Positions 39,701 to 52,565 are shown, counted from the first letter of the stretch. The stretch is DNA of 64,000 nucleotides from Amoeboaphelidium protococcarum X5 (GCA_023515725.1 JALDTO010000146.1:496001-560000); one strand, 5' to 3'. Numbers and translations: made by a program. The notes: a model not told the origin generated them from the letters alone.

Positions 39701-41337
39701 CAAGATATATTAAGAGGGGAGTGTTGAACATTTGAAATCTCAAGCCAACAAGGTCCCATCATTTTACATCTCAGAATAAGATTCTCCAAGGCACTGGTGC
39801 TACCTCCAAATACATGACTAAAAGTCTTACCTGACATTTCTCGACTCAGCGGTGGATAATTGTAACCATAACTCACCTCCACCCATTCTCCCTCAGCTGG
39901 GATTTCAGGAACTTCAAATGCATACTTCTTATTAACAGTGTTCATACTCCACTTGCCAATCTTCTTTCTAGTCATTACACCATCAACCTCCTACCATAAT
40001 GACTCTAAAGTTACCTCTTCGTCTCTTTACTAAACTCCATTCTTATCAACAACAAAAGGTCTCGGAAGGAGGTATACTGATCTCTCAATATCATTCACAG
40101 TAAGGCAGCAACTGATAAATTGCTTCTAAATAGAGTCGTACACTTTACCAAACAAGTACACAACTCCAGACTGTCCTTCATAGGCATCCAACCAGTACAT
40201 GAACAGTTTATCACCATTAGGCCCACCTAAAAATCTATTTTCAAAGTCAGAGCCTAATTAGTTATTACTCGGCACCAGAGCATTAGTGTTTGTATTATTA
40301 TTAATTCCAACAGCTTTATTAAAAGAGGCTTGGCCAGATTCAATGTTCAAAAGGCTACTAGCTTACTAAGAATTGTAATTACTAAACACGTTCTGTGCAT
40401 TCAGATTTTAAGATGGTAAACTATTGACATTTCTTGTCGGACCAGTGAAGGCAGGCTTCAGAATTTTACTTTTATCCTTCTTGATGACTTTATCCACAAC
40501 TTTAATCTGATCTACAAGAGGAACCGGCTCTAGATCTACTTTATCGACAATAGAATGAAGGGATGGTGATTGATTGTCAGCAGCGTTACTTTAATCCTCA
40601 ACAGTCTGCATACAGTCTTGCTAATTTTTATCAGGATAGTCGACTGATTTATCAACCTCCGGGACATCTTGTAACATCGAATCTTGGTATCCACTTTAAT
40701 AAAAGTCATCGTAATCTTATCTCGAATTCACCATATCCTGATCCACTTTGAACCTTTTAGCCTCTCTCTACACTGAGTGGTGCTATTACTAAGCATGTCT
40801 ATCATATCCGGATTACTAACGAGGATGATCCAATTTCTTACGCTTAGCAGCAATTTCCTTAGAGGCTTCATCTACTTCACCAAGCATATCGGCCAACAGA
40901 TCTACATCAGCTTCCTCGTTGTGTTTGCATTTAGCACTACTGCTATCACCGCCAACTTTACTCTTTGGACCGACAACTTTCATAGATTACTTTTAAAGGA
41001 GAGTATTGATTGATTACTATTATGACTTTTTACCAGTTACCTTGCCGGACGCTTTTCCCTTAAACTTATCATACTGCACAGAGTCTTCGTCACTGCTATA
41101 ATCTTATTCATCGTCCCAATTATCCTCGCCATAATCTACATAGCCAAGACCATCGTCATCTACCACAAAATCATCTTCCAGCCTCTTGCGCACCACTGCC
41201 TAATACTAGCGGTCATCCAACTCATCAAAGACTTTACTCCCCTCCTTATCCTACTTGAATCTCTACAATCTGGACACCTTGCCACTGGTACGAGCAGCCT
41301 TCAAATCTCTCAACGCAGACGCTCTATTGGACGACAT
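36712..41337 (-). CDS. POL1: DNA polymerase alpha catalytic subunit, 1541 aa
   Basis: [19 protein letters not shown]-terminus; [36 protein letters not shown]; C-terminal Cys motifs; 4626 nt in frame. Confidence 0.96.
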
Positions 41338-41719
41338 TGCTGAATGTTAAGAAACTCGATTCTCTGAGAAGCACAATCTGAGCAAGCGTACAAGTGCAGT
41401 ACAGAGTGGAGTACTGTAAAGAGATAGTGCAATTACACACGTTGATACAACAGAGAAACGCGAGTTGACGCGAGAGAGAGAGAGAGAGCCAGCAGTAGGC
41501 GCAGAGTTGAAACGACAAAGGCGAATGGAAGGCTACCGTAATGAAACAGTTTTACTCCGCCGGAACGGGAAACTCTTTTGGGAAATGCTGTGTCTTATGA
41601 AACGTTTACCGTAAATTGTAGAGAAACATAGGAATTCAATGAAGTACATAATTTAAAAGACGCATTGTGCAAGCAGTAAGAAATAATGTTAGACAATTTG
41701 ATGATGATCACATTAAAGT

Positions 41720-43819
41720 TCAATTACGCGAAGGAAACCATCGACTATCTACAACAGTGAGACGTTGTGACTGATACTCTTCAGCACTGAACAGAGACAT
41801 GGAGAGGAAGCTCTCGAGCGATGCAGCAATACAAGCACCTTTCCATTACAAGTATCCAGGGTCGACGTTTTTCGTGTTTGGAACAATGGCCACAGTTTCA
41901 ATTTCCAAAAACTGAGGCTTACCATCTATCTGCATGTCATCATTACCACCGCGCTCATCACTTGGTAGAAGCCGCAGTTTAGGGCCGATTTCATCATAAT
42001 AACTCTCATAAATTAAATCTTCCAACATAGTAAAAGAATTAGGCACCTTTGATAAGCCACTACCAACCAGTTTGATATTGGCAAACATTCTCTTTATTCG
42101 CGTCACTTCATGGGATCTCAGTATATCTTCAAGCGCCAATTCCGTCTAACCTCGAATCCAAGATACCAATTTCTTGCTTGAAGATAGAATAGATAACACC
42201 ACTAGATGATGTATTGCATCCGATTTCATAAACTCTTCTACGTCAAACGGACTTTATTTCGGACCAATATCTTCTTAATCTGCATGCTCCTCTTCATTGA
42301 CAGTCTCTTTCTCTACTACTTCTTGAGCCTCATCCAGCTATTCTGAGGGTAAAATAGCTTTATTATTGTCATGAGATTTATCTTGAGGATTGACGATTCT
42401 CTCAATCTAATTCTTCAGCAATAAATGTTCCTTTTAATCTTTAATCTAGATCTAATCTGACTTATTTCCATCTTGAGCAAGTAATAATTAATGTAATCGT
42501 AGCCTTGTCCTCAAACTGCCCAACTCCAAGCAATTAACATAATTCTTTGATTAGATGAATTGATGATCTAACTACGTATTGATTCTATTAATGAATGGAC
42601 TAAGGGCAGCCAAATAGCCTTCGTCATGACACTTCAAGGTAGTTTTATGCAATTGATCCCCTCTTAAATGAGCTTAATAGTCAAAACTAGCTATACCAAG
42701 AATCTTTTACTCATCCAAGGTTAACAACAGCCGAGACACCCTGTCATATTCAGGCAATAACATACCGGTAAATATCTAGTCATTCTGGAGTTTAAACAGA
42801 TTCCATAGGTTAGTCTGCATCATATAAGAACCAGAATAAAGTACTGTACACGAGGAACCTTTTAGAACTAATCCGTCATCAATACAGGCAGCACTAATCT
42901 TATCGTAGCCCACGTCAACAACACAAGCAGATGACATATTACATCCAAAAGACGCGGCAACACTTTCATTAATTACAGCCAAAGTCTTGACATCAAGTCC
43001 ATAAAGTGGTTAGAACAACACATCACACACCGCCTCCACAGTCTAGGAATCGATAATTTCATCAACCACCAAGATGACATCTGGATACATGACGCCATTG
43101 TAGTACTGCTCCACAATGCCTTTGATATAAGCAGTAAGATCACACCTCCACTCCTCCAATGACTAATATTGCGAATTAATACTACCATTGACGAAAAGTC
43201 TACGGCGATAAAATTAACCTTGAGCATCAAGTAATTCAACAGCCTTCTAACCAAATAGAAAATCATCATCCAATACCTCAGAGGCGAGTTTAATATTAAT
43301 ATTGCTCTCATGATATTAGAGCATTTGAACATGCCCATTGTCATTATCATCATTAAAATCAAGATCTGCATTAAATCGTTGACATTCCTTCTTTAGCTTT
43401 TTATCATATCGCAGCTCTTTTGCACGTAATCGACTCATCATAAGCTTACGCGCTTAATCTAAGTAATCGAGTTCAATAACAGAACTACCATCATCTAAAC
43501 TACCATCATCCTTGTTATCAGTGTCATTATTCTGATTCATGTTGGTGTAACCATTCCAACTGTCAGTTTAAGCAGAGGATGAGACTCGACGAGCGACTAT
43601 AGAAGGCACTGCGATTGGCAGAGCATCAACAGATAGGCCAACTTTGGTAGAATGGCTTCCAAACTGTATCACTAGCCTAGTAACTTCTGGATTAGGTTGA
43701 GGCGTGATATTAACATCATTATTCTACTCCACCTTGAAAGATGAGTGCAACTTTTAGTTCAACTCTAAAGACGCATCAAACGCATCGAAACTAAACGTCT
43801 TGGGCACAACACTAATCAT
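41720..43819 (-). CDS. ARP8: actin-related protein Arp8 (INO80 complex)
   Basis: LVIQFGSHSTKVGLSVDALPIAVPSIVARR; ESVAASFGCNMSSACVVDVG; VDPGYLQWKGA. Confidence 0.85.
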
Positions 43820-44304
43820 TCCAAACTAAAGTCCAAGAATATAACTTGGTAATTGATACTAAGTTAATCTATAGTAGAATATGCAGGCTACCGCTGCAAT
43901 ATAAAGAGCCAGTTTCAACGCTGAACGAGAGAAACAACCTCGAGGCGACGCGCGCGAGAACAAAAGAGCGAGAGAATTTGCGAAAAGAATGAAAGAAGAA
44001 ATCTGCAGTAGCTCGCCCGTCTGTCCGCCTTAAAGTAACACAAGCGAACAGGAAGAGAAAAATTGTCATTTCGTCAGAGTCAACGACGTTTTCCTTCATA
44101 ATTTCTTCTCATTTCCGTTCCCTATCATCTATCGGAGAAGGTGTGAATTTTACCTAATCTTTATTTTCATACGATTTGGTTAGATTCGCTATCAAGGTTA
44201 CATCATATTTATAATTATTTCGCTACCATTGTGACCAAGTGATAGTGGTAGATAATCTTTATAATTAGACTTAAATCAACATTTGGAAGGAAGCCTGAGT
44301 ATTG

Positions 44305-45162
44305 ATGATGTTCGCAGCTAACCGTAATTTGACGTATGCCGCCTCTGCCGTGTCTGCGGTTCTGGCGTACAAGGTCATTTAGATGAAGGCTCAGCCTATG
44401 CACCAACTTCATATTGCCATTTCCGATGATAGAAACCATGGTCTGCATCCCCCACATCATCATTGGGAGCATCATTCGCCGGTGAAAACGTTTGATGCCG
44501 CTGCGATTCGCCGTGGATTCCAAGTGTATAAGGAGGTGTGTTCGCAGTGCCACTCGCTCAAGTTTATTGCATTCAGAAATCTGGTGGGCGTATCTCATAC
44601 TGAGGATGAGGCTAAGGAACTGGCGCTCGAGTACGAGATTGAAGATGGACCGAACGATTAGGGTGAGATGTACAAGAGGCCTGGTCGCTTGAGTGATTAC
44701 TTTCCTCCAGTGTACCCGAATGAGGAGGCTGCCAGAGCTGCCAACAATGGTGCCCTGCCGCCAGACTTATCATGCATTGTGAAGGCTAGAATGGGCTATG
44801 AGGATTACGTGTTTTCTCTCCTGACTGGCTACACTGAGCCGCCTGCTGGTATTAAGCTGAGAGAAGGCTTGTACTACAATCCATTCATGCCGGGTGGTGC
44901 AATCTCCATGGCTCGTGTGCTGTATGATGGCATAGTTGATTATGAGGATGGCACGCCGGCGACCTCTTCATAGATGGCCAAGGATGTGGTGACGTTCCTC
45001 GCATGGGCTTCTGAGCCGGAGCATGACACCAGAAAGAAGTGGGGTATGAAGGTTATGATCTTGCTGGGCACTTTGGCACCTATTGCCTTCTGGTGGAAGC
45101 GTCATACTTGGAGTTATTTGAAAACTAGAAAGATTGTCATCATTCCAACCTTAAAGAAGTGA
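44305..45162 (+). CDS. CYT1: cytochrome c1 (complex III)
   Basis: [16 protein letters not shown] heme motif; [10 protein letters not shown]; [18 protein letters not shown] with TAG at the conserved Q. Confidence 0.97.
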
Positions 45163-45284
45163 TAGTTGACGTGATCGGCTTGAAAAATAATAAGGGGATG
45201 CTCAAGTGACCTTTAAAATCCACAGTTTATATCAGCACTTTTCTCTTGAGATTACAATACAATTTATTTAGTATATTCTACACC

Positions 45285-46556
45285 ATGTGTTATTCTTTAG
45301 CATTAACGACAATTTCGTGTATCGCTGCTCTGGTTGCTGCATAAACAGCGCCTTTATAGCAGAAATTTGTTGAATGGAAAGCTGAGCCTACGCGTTACTC
45401 TGCTGATGCATCGCGTCTGTTTTTGCAGGAGTCATCAGGAAATGATTACACTGCAGTCTTGAGTCCATCACATGATGTGGTTATGAAGGAGCTGGTAGAG
45501 ATTGATGGCGCTGAGTGGATGCGCATCGCGTTTGATACTGACAATACTTTACTACAAGGTGGTGCTTTGTTGGTGATCTAGTCGGTGGCTGATGCTTCAG
45601 TCTATTAAAAGCTGGATGCTCGCGCTCTTCGTCAATGGCAGCATACCTCCGCGTACTTTAATGGAGATGCCGTTAAGGTTATGCTGGTATAGAGCATGGC
45701 TGAGTCCACCTCCGCCCAATCTTAATTCAGGATCACTTCTGTTAGTGTTGGGGATGGCGCGTCTAGTAATCAAGAATCGCTCACTCTTTGTACGAAAGAA
45801 GATAGACGCCGTCCTATCAAGGATGCAAGAGTTGCTAGAATGTACCCCACTGGATGTACTGGATGGTTGATTGATGATGAGCATCACTGCTTCCTTACCG
45901 CTGGTCACTGTTATCCAAGACCCAGATCTGATCCTCGCTATAAAGATCCTCTGGTTATGCAGTTTAATGTTCCACTGTCGATGAAAAATGGTACTGTCAA
46001 TCATCCGCATCCAAAAGACTAGTATCCTGTAGATTTGAGCTCTGTGCAGTTTGTTAATGGTGGTATTGGTCGCGATTACATGTATTACGGGACTTTTGTC
46101 AACTCGAACACCGGTTAAGCTGCATTTGAGGTCTAGTCCTCGTGGTATAACACTTCTTTGATTGATGTCAAGTATGTTCTAGGTTAAAATGTGACTATTA
46201 ATGGTTATGGAGTTGTTAGAGATACAAAGATTCAGTACAAAAGCCAGACTTTGCAGACTCATTATGGAACACTTGAAGACCTATACGATAGTAGATTCAA
46301 ATACCCGAATCACGTAAACTCGTATCTGTCCATAGATCACTTGGCAGACACAACTGGTGGTAACAGCGGGTCTGCCATTGAAGTCACACTTCAAGATGGA
46401 TCTAGAGTTGCAATTGGTATCCACACTCATGGGGGATGTAGTCCTTACAGCTCTCCGGGTGAATCTCGCAATCAGGGAACTTAGTTGCGCCATCCTGGTC
46501 TATAGAAATTTTTGCGTGAGCCTCGCGGTGTATGCAAATACGGCTATGCTTAATGA
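45285..46556 (+). CDS. secreted trypsin-like (S1) serine protease with N-terminal pro/accessory domain, bacterial-like
   Basis: Signal peptide; WQHTSAYFNGD pro-domain; FLTAGHC (His), DTTGGNSGS (Ser), AIGIHTHGGC; ends TAA-TGA. Confidence 0.88.
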
Positions 46557-46833
46557 TTTTTATTAAATTGCTAAATAAATTAAGTACCATAGTAAGGTAA
46601 ATAGCATGTATTGCATTTGCTAATAATGCCATTTCTGTTTAAATTTTTAACGGTTGATAAGCAAGCGTGATTCTAATAATAATCTGTTTGATCAAAAATC
46701 AGTAATTCAATTTGGTTGATGATTAGCATTTGTATTTTGTTTTGCATCCATACTGATACTAGAGCATTATAGAACGCTTATTACTCAATAGAAGCCACGA
46801 TAACGTTGAAGTTATTAAAAAGATTAGACATTA

Positions 46834-49606
46834 ATGAAAAAGGCACAGGCAGCCTTGAAGAGTAGCAAGTCTCCCAAAAAGTAAAGTTCAAGATCTAGCG
46901 ACTCTGCGTCAGTGGGGGGATCTGATGCCAGGAGGGGCGATGAGCGATTGGCGCAAGAGAAGTTTCTTAGTGATTGCAATGAGCTGTATAAGTTTGTATG
47001 CTCTAATGACGTTTCAGCCATCGCTAAACTTTTACAGGGGAACCCCTCGCTCATTGTTAGGCCATTCAAAGTGAATCAAGGCAATCTGCTTCATCACGCA
47101 GTATACTACTCTTCGCCAGAAGTTTGCAAAATACTTTTAAAGGTAATCAATTGGTATACAAGAATATTTAATTAATTATGTCACTAAAATTATATTGTAG
47201 AATGGAGCTAGAAATAACGATCGAAATGATTACGGGTGGAGTCCCTTTATGCTCGCATGCGCCCGAAACAGCTCCGCGATAATCAAAAAGTTGCTTGAAA
47301 CACCCGGCTTTATGGTTGATGATGTCAATGATTATGGTGTGACCGCTTTATTGTGCGCCGTGTATGAGTCTAATCTTTCGCTGGTTAAAATTCTACTGGT
47401 GGACATTGGGTGCAGTCCCAATAAAGTTCTGTCGATTGGCCGTAGCATACCTGGTCTTAGTCCTCTTATGATGGCGTGTCATGTCGGGAAAAGCGTTGGA
47501 ATTGTCCAAGCTCTGCTTCAGGAGGGCGCTGAGTGCAACAATCAAAACTCTTTGAATGGATGGAGCGCTATATTCTATGCAATCAACTCTGCTTGTACTT
47601 AGTCTCTTGCTATGCTTTAAATTAAATAGACGGCTTCAGTATCGGACGGGAAGTAGAGTAAAATATCTGCTGCGAGTGCTGGCATGTAAATAGTCAAGTT
47701 ATTGCTCGATAATGGCGCAGATATCTATGTCAAATCTTGGTCGGGTAAAACTGCTTTAGATGTGGCCTTAGAGCGACGATGTCAGGATATTGCAGAGATG
47801 GTTATGAAGTATTTAGGCGCGGAGCAAGATGAAAGAACCCGTACAAACTTCTCAGTGAGGACTGGAGACGAACGGCATGGCATATTTGACGCGATTACGA
47901 ACGATGACGCGTAAGCCATTGAAGAGTACATCAAATAGGATGTCAAATGTCTTGCCGCCAGAGATCCTGAAGATTAGTTTACGCCGCTGATGTTGGCATC
48001 CATCAAGGGCGATTTATCTCTGGTGAAATCATTTCTAGACTGCGGCTCTCAAATTGATGCCTATGACAATGTTTAATGGACTGCTATAATGTATGCTGCA
48101 TTCTACAATCATTTAGAGTTGGTACAAATGTTGAACGATCGCAAGTGCCCCATCATCATACCTTCTCCATAGTTAGATAACATCGATGCACAGACATAGT
48201 TCTTGCAATCTCTCACTTAAAATCAAGAGATTCTAGAATTATTGAAGATGGGCCGACTGGTTAGTGTAGACTCTTTGAAGCAACAGTCATTGCTAAGAGG
48301 CCACTATCGAACAGTGTCTGACGAAGGTGCTCAAAGTTTTTCATCATAGAGAGCAGAATCAGAGGAGAAATAGGTAAGACTATGTCAATTGATAATTAAT
48401 CCATATTATTTACTTTTTTAAGTGTAGACTGGATGGTTTTCAAAGTTATTCGCAAAGAAAGATAGTTAAGCAGCATCATCACTGAAGCAGCAGGACATAG
48501 ATCAGATTGCGGCTATGAAGATTAGTATGAGGCCAGTCTAGATGAAGAAGAAAATGACTAAATCATCTTTTGATGATAATCGAGATTACGTCGATTCCAG
48601 TCGCACGTCTCCAGAACTTTAGATTACTCAGGCATCTCTCGGTAATAATGGCAATGGTAAGAATTCTCCTGGTATTGTTGGGTAGCTCTTTCACGATGTT
48701 AATCATCCTGATAGATCACCCAGAGACCCCCATTATCATGATAGAAGTCTTAGTAGTAGACATTCAAAAGATTTTAGTGGGGACATTGAAAGCTCGTAGA
48801 AGTAGCACAGCAACAACAATAATAGGCGGATATCATCGACTAATTCAAGAAATTCCATCCATGATAATGTCAGCGAGAAGAGTATAGGGAGTCTCAAGCG
48901 GCAAGGCAATGGATCAATTACAGAGAGCGTCACATTTGAAAATATCACCGACGTCTAGTCCTCCTCTGATGTTCTGGTATATTTGGACCTGCAGTAGTAT
49001 GTCACTGAGGAAGTGAAAGCTATGCCTCTCAACTAGTTTGTCAATTCGCAGGATGATCAATTGGCTCAGATTGGCATAATGAATCCCGGACATCGAAGGA
49101 TTATACTACTGTGGTGCGCGAAATACAAGACAGCCATGATGAAGGTGAAGTTGCAGCAGATGCAGTAGACTTTAGGTCTACCGCCGAATAGACTTAGTGC
49201 TGATAAAAGATCTAGCACATCACTATCTCTAAGTTCCAAGTTTAAGAATTCAGACACGCACATTGAAATAGATGAATAGGGCGACTCATCAGTCTCCATG
49301 GCATTGAAGGATTTGCCTCTCACCGACACACCTGGTTACAGTAGCTATTCGGTACACTCTCAAGGTTAGCGATCCAAAACTGCGACAAGTCTCTCTTTAG
49401 ATAACACCAAGCCATATCGTAAGCATATCAGGAACAAGAGCGGTGGCAGCACTTATACTTCATCTCCGTCTCAGCAACATCATCAAAGTCCTCGTCTCGG
49501 TCCTTTTAATGGGTTACCATAGATGACGATGACCTCCTCTGATGAAAGCAACAAGATGAATCTGATTCAGTAAATGAAATCCAACGCTCGCTAGCATGCT
49601 ATGTGA
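46834..49606 (+). CDS. ankyrin-repeat + SAM-domain protein (ANKS6/ANKS3-like architecture); introns 47143-47200 and 48374-48427
   Basis: Multiple ankyrin repeats (GWSPFMLACA, GVTALLCAV, GLSPLMMAC, GKTALDVA, FTPLMLAS), an S/N-rich linker, then SAM-like VLVYLDLQQY...QLAQIGIMNPGHRRIIL. Confidence 0.8.
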
Positions 49607-49746
49607 CACACCATAGAATTTGTCTTACTTGAAGAAGTATAGACGGAGTGCAGATATCCAAGATCTAGGTGTATAAACGTGTACATGGTGAGAAAATAAA
49701 CAATTAAATAGAGTGTATGTCTGTTTATTAAAACAGTTCAATAAAT

Positions 49747-50472
49747 TCACTTTGCCTATATCTTGAGCTTGTTAACTTCAGTGTTGACTAACAGACGGCG
49801 CTGCTTCTTGGCCACCATCAGCTTGAATCTGTCAAAGTCAGTCATAGCTGCTCTCTTGGCTCTCAACACCTACTTCTTGTTCCATGATCCCTTCTCCCAA
49901 GCACCACTTTCAGCGAACAGCTTGCAATCACCGCTCTCCTCCCATTTCTATAGCTTGTTCTTCAGCGCGTGCTCACCAATAGTACGTGGAATCTTCACTT
50001 TGAAATCAGTCAGACTGACACGCTTCAGAGCCATCATCTAAAGAGGAACATTGTACTTTGGGTGAGGATTTGAGAGCATGACGCGGCTCTAGTCCACAAT
50101 ATCGGTGATAATCGCTGGCTTTCCATAGTTCTCGCCGTAGTTGATAAAGACAACGCGGCCAACCTCAACAAATCTACTGAATACCTACACTTACAAACCA
50201 AATGACGCGTTATAATATGTCTAATAATACTATTAAGAAAGCGGTCGGTAGAATCTAGTAATGATCATTGAGCAATACCAAGCGAAATGTTTTATACTCG
50301 AAGCGTATGCGCATAATCAGATAGGAGCGAAAGTAATTAATCTACATCCATTTAAAATGTGGTTCAGTTGAACTATAATATCATCATATATGTGCTGCAT
50401 ACCCTTCGCTAGTTCTCTCTGCTCCACTACATATTTCCAACCGACCGCTTTCAATGCATAATTTCTTACCAT
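49747..50472 (-). CDS. RPL14: 60S ribosomal protein L14 (eL14); exon 1 is the ATG only, intron 50185-50469
   Basis: M|[34 protein letters not shown]...[13 protein letters not shown]. Confidence 0.95.
50312..50392 (-). ncRNA. snR60: intronic box C/D snoRNA, snR60/SNORD80(77)-like, with two LSU rRNA guides
   Basis: Minus strand: box C ATGATGA (50387-50381), D' CTGA (50367-50364), D CTGA (50320-50317), terminal stem. D guide CTTTCGCTCCTAT pairs with the conserved LSU sequence AUAGGGGCGAAAG; D' guide TATAGTTCA pairs with UGAACUAUG (rRNA sequences from memory). Confidence 0.85.
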
Positions 50473-50765
50473 CTTTTATATTATATAATTCCAGTATTTT
50501 TACAAATAATCTAGTGCTATCTCAGGAAAGCCGTTCAGAAGTCTACTGAAAATTTGTGTGGACGCGTAACCTTAGCTCTCAAAAGTTTGCGCTGTCCTTT
50601 GTTCAGTAACGCGTTAATAAATTGACAAAATTTTCAGTCGTAACCTTAATCGGTCAATTTTGAGATTTCTTTTGATCTCGCGTCAGTGTGCGTACATAAG
50701 TCTAGTGTTCTCTGCCTATAGGATTTCCGCATTACACCGAAACTAATAATTATAGAAAATATACA
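50473..50765. promoter_or_regulatory. bidirectional promoter region shared by RPL14 and RPL5
   Basis: 293 nt between divergent ATGs; RRPE-like TGAAAATTT (50548) and AAAATTTTCA (50627-50636); direct repeat CGTAACCTTA (50565-50574, 50639-50648); two ACGCGT. Confidence 0.5.
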
Positions 50766-51674
50766 ATGCCTTTCGTGAAATTAGTAAAGACCAAGGCTTA
50801 CTTCAAGAGATATTAGGTCAAGTATCGTCGTCGTCGTGCTGGTAAGACTGATTACTATGCTCGTAAGCGTCTGATTGCTCAGGATAAGAACAAGTACAAC
50901 TCACCAAAGTACCGCTTTGTCGTTAGAATCACTAGCAGTCAGGTCATCTGTCAGGTTGTGTACAGCAAGATTTAGGGTGATATTTGCTTGGCTTCTGCTT
51001 ACTCTAAGGAGTTGAGAGATTTCGGAATCAATGTCGGTCTCAAGAACTGGAGTGCTGCATACGCGACTGGTCTGCTGTGTGCGCGTAGACTGCTTACCAA
51101 GATGAACTTGGCCGATAAGTACAAGGGTATCGAAGAGCCTAACGGTGAGTATCAGGAGGTTGAGCCTTTGGAGGACGATGTCAGACCATTCAAGTGTTAT
51201 CTCGATGTTGGTTTGAAGAGAACTACCACTGGTGCCAAGGTTTTCGGTGCAATGAAGGGTGCCTCTGATGGTGGTCTGTACATTCCTCACAGCGAGAAGC
51301 GTTTCCCTGGCTATGATCCATCTAGCAAGGAGTTGGACTCTGAGGTTCTGCGTGAGTACATCTATGGCGGTCACATCGCCAACTATATGCGCGAGCTGGA
51401 AGAGGATGATGAGGAGCTTTACAAGCGCGTGTTCTCTCAGTACCTGGAGCAGGATTTGACTGCCGATGACATTGAGGATATGTACTCAGAGGCTCACCAG
51501 AAGATTAGAGAGACTCCGTTCTTGGAGAAGAAGAAGCGCAGCGACGAAGAGTTGAAGAAGATCATTGAAGAGTCCAAGAAGAAGCGCAAGACTCGCATGA
51601 ACTTGAAGCAGCGTAAGGATCGTGTTCGTCAGAAGAAGGAGGCTCACTTGCGTGCTCTTGGTATCGCTCAGTGA
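50766..51674 (+). CDS. RPL5: 60S ribosomal protein L5 (uL18)
   Basis: [36 protein letters not shown] with TAG at the conserved Q; [24 protein letters not shown]. Confidence 0.98.
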
Positions 51675-51787
51675 TTATACCATAATACACTTTTATAATC
51701 TTGATTTCGATTTAATTCATTTCTGTTAAATTCTCTTTCCACTTTATTCTATGTTATTTCTTGAGAAATTCAGTTAATGAAATTGTG

Positions 51788-52438
51788 ATGGCGAGCGAAG
51801 TGATTTATACTTTCGTTATAGGAGCGGTGATTCTCTTGGTACTGTATGTGCTATTTTGGGCCTTGTAAGGCGGGAGATTGTATAAGAGCAAGAGGCGGAT
51901 TATTATGACTGGTGGTATGGGAAAGACCAGATTGCTCACATTGGTCAAGTATGGGAAGCAGATGGATACTACGCCGTCCACCAAAGCGAATGAATATACT
52001 GGAACTGATTTTACACTTATTGATGTGCCGTCGCATCCGAAGCTTATAGATTAGTATAGGGCATATATGAGTCAGGTTGTATATCTAGTAAACGCTGACC
52101 GTGTCAATGTCGAAGTTGCGCGTGATTTGTATACAGTATTGATTAGAATGGATAGGAAGGGAAAGATGCTATTGCTTATAACCTTCCTCCAAGAGTATGC
52201 TGCCAGCGACTAGAAGACTGCTTTATAAAAACTCAATTAAGAATTACTTGCTTACGATTAGATTGTTGCAACATCTACCTAGATTGATCCTAGTTCTGAA
52301 GCATCTGATCAGAAGAAACTCTCTCCTATCATTATCACTGAAAGTTTTGATATATCCTAATTGGAGTCTCCCAAAGTTCAAGTGCAATGTATAAACATGA
52401 AGTCAGTAACTAGACGCGAGATACTCAATTTGCTTTGA
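51788..52438 (+). CDS. SRPRB: signal recognition particle receptor beta subunit (divergent)
   Basis: N-terminal TM helix followed by a GTPase-like domain: IIMTGGMGKTRL, TTPST, LIDVPSHPKL, VARDLYTVL, FDISQL. Confidence 0.7.
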
Positions 52439-52565
52439 AACATTGTAAAAGTAAAAACGTGGTGTTATGTAACTATTTGGAAGATTTTATCTATTTTAAT
52501 CTTATTGAAAACACATCGCAGCCATCAATATGGTCCATGAAACAGAGAGAGAGAGAGAGAGCACC

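Noticed and set aside
41470-41488. (GA)n tracts here and near 5041, 7803 and 52545 as GAGA elements
   Set aside because: Simple microsatellites; one lies between convergent 3' ends, so a regulatory role is unsupported.
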